Positions 1 to 13,694 of a stretch of 64,000 nt of DNA are shown in pieces. Source of the stretch: Hydrolagus affinis. Its lineage: Eukaryota. Each line of letters begins with the position of its first letter. Position 1 is the stretch's first letter. The stretch lies in NCBI GenBank assembly GCA_012026655.1, contig JAAILG010001030.1, positions 1-64,000 on the forward strand. The letters run 5' to 3'. The position numbers and the translations under genes were made by a program. The notes below the pieces were generated by a model, which saw only the letters and a list, made by a program, of their open reading frames with translations, made no database searches and was not told the origin of the DNA.

Positions 1-220
1 TCCTCTGCACCCTTTCCAATGCCTTAATATCCTTCCTAAAGTGTGGTGACCCAGAATTGTACACAATACTCCAGCTGAGGCCTAACCAAAGTCTTATAGA
101 GGTTAATCAGCACTTCCTGACTTTTGTATTCTATACCCCTATTTATAAAGCCTAGTATCCTAGTATCCCATATGCCTTCTTAATGGCTTTGTCTACCTGT
201 CCTGCCATTTTCAAAGATTC
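1..220 (-). mobile_element. CR1-type LINE fragment (ORF2 C-terminal part)
   Basis: Close paralogue of 16350-16550, which encodes LVRPQLEYCVQFWAPH. Confidence 0.85.
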
Positions 221-3041
221 AAAGAGTATAACTGAAACCTACTTCCTCTCCCTCTCCCTTCTTCCTCGATGAGGATGTTAGCCCACTACTGTCCAGTGCT
301 CTGAGATGTTACCCTTTGTAAAGGACCCTGTATACAAACAAATTGTTGTTTTTATCATTGAAAGACTCCATGCCTGTTATTGCAAACAAAAAGCATGGCT
401 GACATAGACTGGCACTCAGCTCAGGCACTTTGGCTTGCGCACAAAGCTTAAATAATTTTTAGATGACCTACTTTGGATCTTGGGTTTGTTTCTGTGGACT
501 AATAAGAAAAAAATTGCTCTTAAATTTGTTGTTGACTCACCTACAGTTGACAGAGGTGAGAAAGAGATCTCAATACTGGATCTCCTCTCTACATATCATT
601 GAAACCCAGGATTAAATTTTTCCACTTTAGTAGGTGTTTAGTAACAAATGGGAGCTGAATCATTTGAATTTTTTTTTAATTGATTTTGCTCCAATTCAAT
701 GCCATTAGGGAGACATAGAACGCTGGTCACAATTTCCAATTGAATGATTTCAATGGAAATAACCCCACGGTGGTAATTTACATCATTCAGTATTTGTGAC
801 TTGCAAAATGCAAGTCGAATGAAAAGGCAATTCATAAGGACAAGCAGAAGTTTCTAGCTGGAAGTTATTACTATTCTGGGTATGAATCTGTGGGGAAGTA
901 ATATGTTCTGTGAACTGGAATGTAGCTTAAACAAAGGAGTTCCTAATATTAAAAAAACATGGTATTTATCGTCTTCAAAAGTGGAACATAAGCTGAACTT
1001 TATGTCTTCAATTTCCAAGTTAAGAAATTTATTTTATTTCCTTAGGTTCTGGTGCAAGTGAGATGCTTGAGAAAGAAAATAATATTGCAAATGTTTGCTC
1101 GACTAGAATACGAGATGAGTATCTAGAAAGAAAAAAATTGTACTCCTTTATCAGTGGGATACCAAGAGGTGACTCTCCCTTGTTTTGATAATTTGAAGAT
1201 TTAGTTGAGTGAACAGCTTGATGGGCTGACTGGTTTGAGCGATAGTGAACAACTACTGATACTTGCAGGGGATTTGTCTACTGTTGAGATAACAGCACAG
1301 ATGTGAAGAGCTGTCTGCTAGCCCTAACGGAACATTGCACTAGGATACACTTAGAATCCTGACTACGACTGATATGAAAATCAGACTGTAGTTAATTGCG
1401 ATTGGTGTGGCCACTAAAGTGAACCTCAGAACCAGTACAGCAATTTTCCTAACTTCATAACTTCACAGAACTTATGAGATCAAATGGAAAATAACTGACT
1501 GCAGCCAAATCAAGGCAACATGCCTAGTTGATGGAATATAGCCTGGAGTTAACAATAGAGGAGAGTTTTTGGGGAGGAATTCAGGGAGGATGTATAAATT
1601 GGAATGTTTAGAATGTTCACAGCCCAGAACAAGGACTTTTGGCTACTCGTGTGTATTTCACTGGAGCTGTCTGTTCTCATCCCATTCCCTTGTTCTATCC
1701 CCTTAACCCCTGTCTGCAAAATACATAGTTGCTACACTTTACAATCAATCTTATGTTGTGATTTGAGATGTCTTGACAACGTGATAATGCTCTATATCAA
1801 ATTCAAGGCTTGTCCTCCCGACATGAAAGGTGCTATATAAATGTAATTTTGTTGTTGTTATTGTTGTTACTGTGACATTACACTTTTACTTGAAAATTAT
1901 TTATTTTAAACAATAATAATAGTCCTGGCATTTGATATAGCACCTTATCACGTCATCAAGCATCTCAAAGCCCTTTACAGAGTGTATTTTAAAGTGGATT
2001 TACTGTGTATTTTGTGGGTGAAATGCTGTTGTAAGATTTAGTTTCAACAACTATTTGTGTTAAATATGTTGCATAGTTCAGTAATCCTGTGTATAAAATA
2101 ATTATAAAATAATTATTTTAGTTATCGGCTTTCTCTGGGATGCTAATCCTGCAACGAGGGGCACTATATAAATGCGAGTTATTGTTGTTCCTTTTAATGA
2201 TGATATACATTTTATTTCCTCTTATTCCTGACTCAATATTTGGTAAAACTAATGTTTCCTCACTTACTGTTATACACCTTGTCAGCCTCCCAATGAAAAC
2301 AGTACCAACTTTCATATCTCTCCACATAACTGTAACCTCTTATCCCCAATATCATTATTATTAAAAGAAAATAGGATGTAAACATATACTATAAATGCAT
2401 GAAAATGAATTGTGTATGTTATCTTCCTGTGAATAAAATAGCACTGTTTGCTGCATTACTTTCAATTACAGACTACCCTCTCACTTTGCGAATCACTTTT
2501 TCAGCTGCAAATCAAAGCTCCTCCGGGCTAGAATTTGCACTGACCTACTTCTGAAATTGAACAAAACAGTTACAGCAATATTTTTTTCCTCTCTTCATTT
2601 CTGTTTTGCATCAGCAGACTTTTTTTTAAACAAGAAGGGGCTGCAGAGAAAGGATTAGATCACAGTGCCCCTTGGAGAAGAAAGATGAGATTCTCTGTCA
2701 CAAACCATTTTCTAATGCAGAGTTCATCATTCTTGTTTGAAGAAAATGCTTCATATACAGATGCTTGAACACAAAGAATATTAAAGGGTGTGTGAGCGAG
2801 CTTGAAAGAAGGATGGAACTAGGTGGTTCATGTGGAGGAGAAAAAATACTTGTGCCTGGGCCAAATGGCACGTTTATGTGCTGCAGTATTTTAGAATTCT
2901 ATATAGTTGTGTATTTATTTTTTCTGTACCACTTTTACGAAAACAGTAGCTCTATTATAAATCTGTTGTGTATGGATTTTGCAGACCTCACAAAGTCGAA
3001 AATAGTTTGAAAATGCATAATCTTGCAGCATTGACAATGTA

Positions 3042-3535
3042 CAGTAAAAGCCCATTTATCCGTGACTCGATCAACCGGAACTTCTGTATAACCGGTACGT
3101 CAAAAAAAAAAAGTCCCCATCCGATTAACTGGATGTTATCCGGCACAATAGCGGTGGCGCATTTAATGAATTGATTGTCACATGAGAGTACTGTACAGGT
3201 ATTTCAACTTGCCACTAGTAGAGCCTTAAAGTGGCGCTGCCGTGTTTTCCCTTATGTGGCGTCCGCCATTGCAGAAGTTATCGATAGACTGTACACCTCT
3301 ACCCCAGCATCATGCGTTCAAACCAGGCATCTACCAGCAAAGGTGATTTTTAGGTGAATAACAAAGGTCTGTTATTATCTGTTATTATTTAGTCTATTAT
3401 TAATATGGTATGCGTTAAAATAAGTTAATTTTTTTTGCGTTGGGTTTTTGGCATTGGATCAGACAGAATATCTGGCATACCATTTAAATGGCATTGGCCA
3501 GGTCCCCTGGGTGCCGGATAAATGGTCTTTTACTG
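3042..3535. mobile_element. Tigger/pogo-type MITE, family A copy 1
   Basis: TA|CAGTAAAAGCCCATTTATCCG ... CGGATAAATGGTCTTTTACTG|TA: terminal inverted repeats with a TA target duplication. Confidence 0.9.
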
Positions 3536-5032
3536 TATCATTACACTGCTGTGCCCATTGACTGCAGTGTGTCACCCACAAAATATACAGTCTATTCACT
3601 TTACGGTATCTTCAGTGAAACACTTTGAAATGCTTCTAAGTCATGATAAAGCAATATAAAGAATGCAAGGATTATTAGTATCATACAAATAGATCACTAA
3701 AAATGTACAGAAGAAAACTATTTGTTCCACAGTACCTCCTCTTTTGGCATTTAGGCTGCCCTCCTGCCTCGAAAGGTAGATTCAAAATAGATTCAATTTT
3801 GTTGTTGCTGTTTGCCTATTACCCCTATAGTTTACTCCTTTTTAGGAATTTATCTAGTTCCCTTTTGAAAACTAATATAGATTTTGCCTTAACCACCAAG
3901 CCTCTATCCATATCCTAACCAAAATGGTCCCAATCTCCATGTTTGCTTGTTTACTAAACTATCTTAACTAAATGCCCACTCGTGATTGAATCACCAATGC
4001 ATGGTCAACCCAATGGAGTAAAATAAATCTAATCTAATGTTTCCTCCCTTAAAACTTGTGATTGTCACCTAGGTTATTTACAATCATCTTGGAAGTGGAT
4101 GATGCACTGATCATCAGTAGATTCAGCAACCTTGACAGTATAATGAGACTGTCATTTTGTATGATCATCAAAAAATGATAATATTATGTTTCTACTGTGT
4201 TTTCATCTTGCTGATCTATAACCTTGGCTCAAGTTGGAAATGATGACTACCTTGATGAAGCCATTAAGGGATGAATTTAAGCAGTGCTTAAAGGGATACC
4301 TTTTTAGTATTCCCTCTATCCTTCAAACAATCCATCCAAGATTGGCAAAGCACATTCTGCATCAGAAGCCTCAGTGCACATGTCAGTTAAGATTAGCATT
4401 GAACGCTTGGAATTTCACAAGACTCTGTCAACACACGTAAATAGCTTAATTCAAACATGAATTGAGTGTTAAATGACTGATTACATTCAAGGACTGGTCA
4501 TATTTAATTTAGCAAAAAGATATGCAGTGAAATACACAAAAGACAAAATAAAGTCTCACCACGGTTTTTTTCTAGAAATGATATTGCTAGATCTGCACTC
4601 CAGACTATTCAGTAAATTTAATCAACAAATTCCAATTTGAGGTTTGCTTGAAAGATGTGATCAATATTTTTTTCTGATAGCAATTATTCGGTCACATTGC
4701 TATTGTCTAGCCTCTTGACTTTGGAACTTTGTTTGTGAAAATTTACGGAGTTATTGTCATCAATGTAGGAAAACAATTATGAAGCTAATTGAAAGAAATG
4801 TAGAAATGGTGTACGATAATGGGGGGGGAGGGTAATTGATACTTAAAGGTTACATACAATAGGAAATATTTATTTATGCATAGGAGGATTAACAACTGGA
4901 ATTAGTTCACCAGGATGAACGGCTGGTTGAGGCCAGTCGATTGAAATCATAAATAAATAGCTTGAAACATTAAAAAAAAATGATTAGATGGTAGGTTTGG
5001 TATTCTGGAAAAATGAAATCAAATGGACTCAG

Positions 5033-5350
5033 CAACAACAAAATTAGATTTTGTATAGCGCCTTTCATGTTGGGAGGATGTCCCAAGGCACTGGATAATC
5101 AGTATTCTGGACCAGAGCAAGAGATCGGGATCAAGAGAGTGGAGTGCGGGGGGAAAAGGAAGGAGGCTGATTGAAGGCCTGGTCAAAGAGGAGGGTCTTG
5201 AAGGGGGCTGGGAGAGGGAGGGCGGTATGGAATTCAAGAGATTTGAGGCAGAGTGGCCAAGTGCCCGCCCGCTGATGGTGGGGCGGGAGAGGTGAGGAAT
5301 GTGAAGCAGACTGAAATGAAGCCTGCTAAGCAGAGGGAGTGGGCAAGTTG
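5033..5350 (-). mobile_element. L2 LINE 3' fragment (tail type A)
   Basis: Reverse complement of ...ccagtgccttgggacatcctcccaacatgaaaggcgctatacaaaatctaattttgttgttg. Confidence 0.85.
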
Positions 5351-6711
5351 GTAATGTAATTTTGTTGTTGTAAACAGTTTGTAATTTTTTTAATTTTCTA
5401 ACATGAAAGAAATCAAATAAATTTCAGGTATATGCAGTACAACACCAACAACAAAATTACACTTGTATAGCACCTTTCACTTCCGGAAGACATCCCAAGG
5501 TGCTGGGTTTCCACTCTCAATTCTAACATTATCGCTTTTGCATAGATAATTTAGTTCTCAAATTATAAAATTGATAATTGTATCAATTGATTCAAGGATA
5601 TGATAATACCTGTGGTGTGAAAAAAAACTAGAATCTACAGTAAGTTATTCACATAACATGTATTGTGTGACTCTGCACAATATGCTGGAAAATGAATCCA
5701 TAGAATAAAAGAATACAGAAGCATTGACAATAGGTTACAACTTTTGTTACTGATTCATTTCCCTCCATATAGGCCATCAAGCTAAATGGAAAACTTGGAG
5801 GGAGGCTTGTGTCTCTTAGAATCAGGAATAGAACTGCATGATACTTTTTTTGCTGTACAACATAAAACTGTCAGACAGATATTCCCCATTCTATTTCATT
5901 CATTATCATTAATTGTTGTGTTGCATCTGCTCCATCGCAAGAGAAACGATTGTAAATTTAACTTATTTCAGCTAATTTGGGCTCAAATCATAAAATGCAC
6001 TGTAGAAATGCTTACGCAAAATATTGTTAAGATAAACTCACATCTTCTGTCGTTTTAAGTTGTCTGAATTCTTTGTCGCCAGTAGCTTTCTTTTAGGCAC
6101 AGTTTTACCGTGTTCATATTTAGCCTTGTTTTGCAGAAAGTAATAAAGCACAGAGGCTTTCAAATGCTTTCTTAGTTCATTAGTCCTTAGACCAGCAGCA
6201 GTTTCAGGGAAATCACTGCTTTTTGTTCTAGCCTGATTTGTGCAATTGCCACTCATACACCAAGGTGTTGAAAATGCACCAATATTACAATCGTAGGTAA
6301 AGCAACACCAGTGTCAAGACCTTTTGATCACTGAAATTCTGGGCTAATGTTTTTAGCATTTTGTAAAGTAAACAAGTAAAGTATTAAAGTTTTACTTTTG
6401 CTCAGTCTATTCCACTTATGGTATTTTGTATTTGGGGTTTTCAAACTCTACTTTTTATTTCTTTACAAGTAACGGTCTATTTCTGAATTTTCGGCATTAA
6501 AAAGAGGTTTTGGGTTGGGGTTACGGTTACCAGCTGAAAAGGTCATTTGATCAGACCGGCAAACCCCAGGATATTGTAATTTAACCTCATGTCATTAGTG
6601 CAGACATGGGGTCAAATGCATGAAGTTTTTTTTGAGTGTGATATTGAACTGTTTGATTCATTATCTTGTTAGTGGCCTGAAGGAGCATGAGCATGAAATG
6701 AGATATCCAGG

Positions 6712-6820
6712 AGAACATAAAATGCTGGAAAGTTTATAAAATGCTGCAAATATATATTGAGTGATCAGCAGCTGAAAGAGAAAGATGGGTTAATATTTCG
6801 GGTAAGGCTCTTCATCTTGG
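6712..6820 (-). mobile_element. Penelope-like remnant, same family
   Basis: aaatgctggaa...cagcagctgaaagagaaagatgggttaatatttcgggtaaggctcttcatc. Confidence 0.55.
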
Positions 6821-7149
6821 GTAATCTAGGTTAACAGGACCAACTCCACCTGCCCATCCTGCATCTAGCAGTGTATCGGCCTAGATTGTGAGAACCTCTT
6901 ACACCAGAAGTTCTGAGAATAATCATCCCAAAAATTTAATTTGCTAATAATATTTCATTTAATAATAATAATCCTTGCATTTGATATAGCACCTCATCAC
7001 GTTGTTGCAATGTCTCAAAGTGCTTCAGAGGTTATATTCCCAGTTTGCCTTCCTACTCTACATCTGGACATCCTCCCGTCGTCCTCCTTTATAGAGCGTG
7101 AAAGGCGCTCTATAAATGTAATTTTGGTGTTGTTGTTCCTGACCAGGGA

Positions 7150-7720
7150 CTGCTTTCCTCACCTCTGCCAATCACTCAGCTCCAACTATACTTCACACCC
7201 AATGTAGCTGAAATCCTTATCCATGCATTTGTCACCTTGTGCCTGAATGTTTCCTATACCTTCTCCATGAGTCTCCCCAGCTCCACAATTCATAAAATTC
7301 CAATTGATTAAAAATTGTACCAAACTGTATCCTCACCCATACCAAACTCCACATCCCCCATCATCCCATTCCTTGCCAGCTCCACTGGCTCGCTATTGCA
7401 GAATGGATTAATTTAAAGATCCTCAAACTCAGGTAGAAATCACATCACGTCCTGACAATTCTCTACCTCTCTGACCTGTTTTAGCCCACTCCTCTACCTT
7501 CAATCAGCTGGCTCCAGCCTCCTGCACATCCCTTCTGCTCCACCATCTACAGCTTTCAGTCATTATGCCGGTAACTCTGGAATTCTGCCTCAATCCCTCC
7601 ACCCTGCTCCTTCTTTGCAGTCTTCAGATCATACCTGAGGTCCTCTCTCTCTGAACCTCCACTCGCTCCCTGGTTCAGCACCAAACTCTTATCACTGTTA
7701 TGTACTCTGAGATGTGTACA
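7150..7720 (+). mobile_element. Older L2 LINE 3' fragment
   Basis: Degenerate LIHAFVT...LHWL...RINLKIL coding remnant and C-rich 3' region. Confidence 0.7.
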
Positions 7721-8211
7721 TCAGATTAGCTTTTCCTCCGGAGGTCCCTTGGCTCGGGGTCAGAATCACCACAGAATCACCAAGCAATCCAAGAATTTAC
7801 AACAACAACAAAATTATACTTGTATAGGCTTTTCAAGTTAGGAGGATGTTAGCCCGTGAAGAGCTCTACATAAATGGAAAGTGCTTTTGTTTCAAGAATG
7901 TCTTCAAACACATCAATTATTCCCAACTACCCCTCCTCTGCCGATGGAAGCAAAACTCATGCAGTATTTCACAGTCAGGAACCGTTCTCTGGTTCCTCGG
8001 TGCCCCTCCCACTTCCAAAAGTGGCCATTTTTTATGTGAGAACCCAGACATTGAGTGTAGTCAGATTGTGGGAGCAACACAGCCAGTAGGAATTATCTTC
8101 TTCTCTAATTGAACTGAAGTCTCCACTTATATCTCCACTCCAGTTCGAATGGCCTAATTATAATAGAGCAGCAATCAAATATGGCACGCTGGTAATCCAT
8201 AAAACACAGTA

Positions 8212-8437
8212 CAGTAAAAGCTCGTTTATCCAGCACCCTCGGGACCTGGACAAGGCTGGTTAAAGCACCTGCCAGATATTCGGCGGAAAGTGCAAAAAAA
8301 AACACCCCAAAAAACAAAACAAATTTCAATACATTTTTCCGGATAAATTCTGGTTAATTGAATGTGGACTTTTTTTTGCGATGCCGGTTATACAGAAGTT
8401 ACGGTTGATTGAGTGCAGGATAAACGGGCTTTTACTG
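8212..8437. mobile_element. Tigger/pogo-type MITE, family A copy 2 (short, opposite orientation)
   Basis: TA|CAGTAAAAGCTCGTTTATCC ... GGATAAACGGGCTTTTACTG|TA. Confidence 0.9.
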
Positions 8438-10471
8438 TACTATACCACATTTATGCACCAAAACCAGTACCTTCTTAGAACAACTGTCATTGCATTAAAC
8501 TCTTCTCTCCATATTGGAATACAATATACAATAATCCTTGTAATAATAGTTCTAGCATTTGGTTTTGGTATGATGCACTTCATGTTGGTGGAATTTGTTT
8601 TGTAGACAATTTAATAATAATAATACTTGCATTTGTTGTAGCACCATATTACGTCTTCGAGACCTCTCAAAGTACTTCACTGAATATAGATGGTGCGACA
8701 CATTCTATTTGTCTTCCTATTTTGTTCAATACTGTAGTTGTGACAGTTATGTGCTTCAAACTCACTTTCATTCATTGTTAATTTACTCAAAGGAGCATCA
8801 TACAAAGACATTCAGTTATTTTCAGAAATGATTGTAGAAGTCAGACTGGGAACTAATAAAGTTTAAATTTTTTTGTGGCAGAAGTTTTAAATACAGTATT
8901 GTAATATAATATATAGATATTTATATGCAAGTGTGCTTCAATGTGGAGCAACATTTTGCAATGCAAATCAAATAGGATTATTAAATAATCACTCAATATA
9001 CAGCATTTCTTTACTATTTTAACAACAGCACAATTGTAATGGCTCTTTGCTTGATTTGGCTGCACTAAGTTTCTAATGATACACAGCAAAATGTTTAAAG
9101 CTGCATAAGACTATTTGGGTAAAGGATCGATCAGGACTGGGATTCCTGCTGTACATTCTGGAGACTCATTATAGCTCAGCAGACAGCGAGGATCTCCTGT
9201 CCTGTAGATAGTGAATCCGACAGCTTTGCTACTGAACGGATAGACTGAGGTCTCAAGTCAAGAATATTTAGGTCATACGGGCCATTGTGACTTGCCAGCA
9301 GAGCTTTGTCTCAGACTTTCTACAAGCAGCTGCAGCAGGTTATAAGCTGATTCATCGATAAGCACCTTAAAACCTTGTCTTGTGAGGAAACATTGGCTCT
9401 GACCTATCTCCATCAGGTGTTGAACAGAAGACATATGCCTAGTTTCATTATAGTGTTCTAGCTGGCTATTTCTGGTCTTGTTCATAATATACAAGGGAAG
9501 TCAAACCATCTTGTTTCTAGGTTTATGAGAAACAAATTACTTCCTGTCTCTGCCCTCACACCCAGAAAGAAAAGGAATCAATTGTTGCTTTGGTTCGTCA
9601 TGTCCTGTTGCATGATTTCAGATAATCTTCTGTAGAGTTGAAATTGTGGATGAGTATGATAACCTTCCAGCTTAATTTTCTTTTGACTTCTTTCGTCAAA
9701 GCTCTCTATTTTACATAACAGTAGCACATTTAAAAATTATTTAACCACTCCCCACCTGGTTGTCTGCCTTGTATTCTCTTCCACTAAGCGTTAAGTGGAT
9801 TATGTTATAATAATAATTATCCTTGCATTCGGTATAACACATTTCATCTCAGAAGGATATCTTCAAAAAAGCACTTTTCACCTGCAAAATACAGTCAATC
9901 CACTTTACAGCGTATTTGTGAAGTGCTTTGAGATGTCTCAATTACGTGATAAAGGGCTATATCAAACACAAAGAATATTATTATTATGATTATTATCTCA
10001 TAGATCTTCACAGTATTCACTGTAAAGTGTAGTAACTGTGTATTTGTAGGCGAGTATGGCAGCCAATTTGTGCATAGCCATGAAGAGTGATTGATTTTAT
10101 TGGGGGGGGATTGCTTGCTAAGACACTGGGAGAAACTCCCTTTACTTTTTGAATGTTGGAGTAGAGCTCCATTGGTGCTTGCAGCCTCTCTCCCCATTCC
10201 ACCCCCAATGTCTTTAGACAATATTTGCCCCCCAAAGAATTCAGGGTTTTTCTGTTCACACAGAAAGATAATTTATATTGTCTCAGCTAAAGTGTCTGTG
10301 TATTTTGTGATATCAGAAGAATATTACAGTAGTTAAATGCAAGTGATCTACTTTTACTTACCTTTGATAAACAAATTGTGAAGGATGCTAAATGTAAGTG
10401 CCATGTCTATATGTACCACTATTTTAGACAGATAAGCAAGGGAAGCGTTTGACTTCGATATACAGGTAATC

Positions 10472-10794
10472 ATAATAATAATAATCCTTGTATTTGATAT
10501 AGCGCTTTTCATGTCTTCTAGACATCTCAAAGCGCTTCACAGAATACACTGTAAAGTGAATTGACTGTTTATTTGTGGGCGAAACACAGCAGCCAATTGC
10601 ACATAGCAGTGTCCCACAAACAGTCGTGGATTGAAATGACCAATTTTATTATTGTGATTTTTTTAGAGCGATTATTATTAGGCATGTGGAGTAAAGAAAC
10701 TTGCCCAACGTTTCACCCAGACCTGCCTGGATTCGAAACACAGGTCTCACACTTGTAAGGCGAGCGCTCTAACCACTGAGCTACAGGACTCCAC
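10472..10794 (-). mobile_element. Full-length tRNA-derived SINE (SINE2-like, dominant family)
   Basis: Head GTGGAGTCCTGTAGCTCAGTGGTTAGAGC (A box), TTCGAATCC (B box), body, and 3' stem-loop plus (ATT)n. Confidence 0.93.
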
Positions 10795-12708
10795 TCCTTC
10801 TGCAGGCACTCAAATAAAATAAACACACGCTTGCAACAGCACCTGTTTAAGTAAAACTGAAGAACTTTCAATTAAACTGTTATTTTAATATATTACCATG
10901 TAAATAGAATGCACAGTGAAGCTGACTTGATAACCCATTTATACCTGCAGTGCTTGCTTAATTATCATGAGATTCAGTATCAAGAGGATGTTTTCCACTT
11001 GCTTCATTTATATTAAGTATATTAATATTGTTTCAACAGTGGAGGTCTTAATTGCTTTGTGTAAATGATCTACACAAAATGATATTGTGTTTGTTATGAC
11101 CAATGAGTTCAGTTTATGAATTAGCAAGTTTTTATTGAAATTATTCCAAATGTGGTAAAATTCCACTCACAGGTTCATTGTTGCTGCTGAAATAACAAAT
11201 TATCCTCAATCCAGTAAATAACAGAACAAAGTTGGATGTGACATCAATTCGAAAAATATTGTAATACTATACCTGAATATTACTGCAAATTGCCATGAAC
11301 AACATCCATTTTTTTCTGGTTAACCAGGTGCCTGAAACATGCGGGAACCCATCATTTGCTTAAAAATATCTAACTTGAACTAAGAGTTCCATGCATCCGA
11401 CCTACACGTGACAACTCCCCCACATTTGATTTGTGATCAAACATGCCCTGAAGTACTGCAGGTCTGCCTGCCTACCGAGACTGACACAGAGGATCGACTT
11501 GATTTCAACATTCTGTTGCGAAGCTTGTCACATTGATGCCACTTCAGCCACAAGGATTCCTACTTACCTCCCACTTCCAAGGAGCATAGTCACTAGTTGA
11601 TTATTTCATGCCTGACAAGCATGAGTTTGAACTCTCACTAGGTGGATACCAGATAAGAGGAATTCTCTGCAAGCTTTCAGATGAGCAACTAAGCTCAGCA
11701 AGAAATGCATGAGAGTATTGACATCATCCTCATGCCTTCAGCTCAGACACATATTCCTAGCCATTGAGAAATCACTATTAGAGACTCTGAGTTGGTCACA
11801 GTACCTTGCATTGCACCATGGATGAACCCCAGAAGCTATATCCAGTAATTCAGAGTGAGGATCTCAGGAGTCATTTATGATATTCTACCAGTCACAGGCA
11901 AGATTCCACATTAGTAACTTTGGAGTCACTGTTATTAAATCCCATTACAAATAACTATCTTTCAGACTTTAATATGAATCAGTCATACCAGTGGATTTAT
12001 AATTTCCTTGCAGCACTAGAAGTAAAAGTATACAAGATTGCAGTACAGTATGTCCATATATGGGACTCACTCACAGCTGTGTATGAAACAAAAAACATTT
12101 CAATATGCTTTGGAGCTGTGAACACGTTGTAATGAAAAGCATCTTTATGGTTCCTTTATTAAATCGACATGTTTTGCGCTCGAGAAGCTTGTAATTAGAA
12201 ATTTATCTCTGTCTTTGTGTGTTTTCCTTTCATATTGTGCTCTGTTGTATTTTAGGAAAGAGAGACATTTGCATAGTGGCAGGAGAAAACAAGAACACTT
12301 TGGGATTACAGTATTTCAATCAAAGGATTTTCATCCTTTGCTACCTACTAAAAGGAACAACTTCCGACAAGAATTTCAAGCTATGTTTAAATAAAACATT
12401 GAAAGGAAGATCATTAATTAACAAGCAGGTCTTTTCCCTTGTTGTTTATTTTCATACAACCTTTCATTGTTGTGCATGTAGCAATTAATGTCATGTCAAA
12501 AATATTCTGCGCTGCACAATTTTGTACATGATTTTGAATGCCACAAACACAAGTGTAATTTATTCTTTTTTCTCCCCAACAGGAGCAACTTCTAATGATT
12601 AATCACTACATGAGACTCTGAGTAGGTAAGAGTAATCCTCCCTGTAGCTTGCATTGCTGTTTATTAACAATTCAATTTATCTTATCCAAAATATTTCATA
12701 TTTTGTGG

Positions 12709-13236
12709 CGTGGAGTCCTGTAGCTCAGTGGTTAGAACTCTTGCCACTATATAAAATTGGTCAATTCAATCCATAACTGTTTGTGAGACACTGCTGTGCG
12801 CAATTGGCTGCTGTGTTTCGCCCACAAATATAAAGTTAATTCACTTTACATTATATTCTGTGAAGCGCTTTGAGACGTCGATAAGATGTGAAAAGCGCTA
12901 CATCAAAATACAAGGATTATTACCATACACAGTATATTATTATTGCCTTGCAAGCGAAAGACCTAGGCTCGATTCCCAGCAGAGTGAAACCTTGAGCAAG
13001 TTTCCTTATTCCACATGCCTGATAATAATCCCTCAAGGAAAAAAAATGATAAATTGGTCACTTCAATCGATGACTCTTTGTGGGACACTGCTGTGCGCAA
13101 TTGGCTGCCGTGTTTCTCCCACAAATATACCGTCAATTCACTTTACAGTATATTCTGTGAAGCGCTTTGACACGTCTCGAAGACGTGATAAGGCATTATG
13201 TCAAATGTAAGGATCATTATTACTAGTATTATTATT
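12709..13236 (+). mobile_element. SINE2 with a second 5'-truncated SINE2 nested in its head
   Basis: The head breaks after TTGCC (12741-12745) and resumes after TTGCC (12943-12947). Confidence 0.88.
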
Positions 13237-13394
13237 TTAGATGGATTGGATTCTTTTGTGGAAACTTTGATTGTTCACTCACAGCTGATAGTGGGATGTC
13301 ATCCTGTGCATGCAATAGTTGCCATTTTTGTCTTGAAATATGCAGGCACTACACCTGACAGCAAACAGTATATCAAATGCAAGCATGATTATTA

Positions 13395-13559
13395 TAGTGC
13401 CAAAACTGTTCAAGCAATCACCTCCATTCAGCAATAACTCTTTGTTAAAAATCAGTAAGCCCAGTTCACACACCAACAAACTCTTATTCGTAGGCCACCC
13501 CTATATAAAGACCACTTTGGTCCAGTTCCCTGAGCAGTGGTTGAAGACAGGTTTAACTG
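13395..13559. mobile_element. Old Tc1/mariner (Tigger-like) MITE, family C
   Basis: Right end GACAGGTTTAACTG|TA, degenerate left TIR (CAAAACTGTTCAAG) and repeated (g/t)accac(c) subterminal motifs. Confidence 0.5.
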
Positions 13560-13694
13560 TATATTGCAAGATTTCACTGGAGATACTTAAATTAAGTATT
13601 TAGATGACTGCAATATCATAATATTAATGTAGTTGCATAAATTTTATTCTGTAACATTAATAGTAACAATAATATTTCACTTTAATATATTCCC

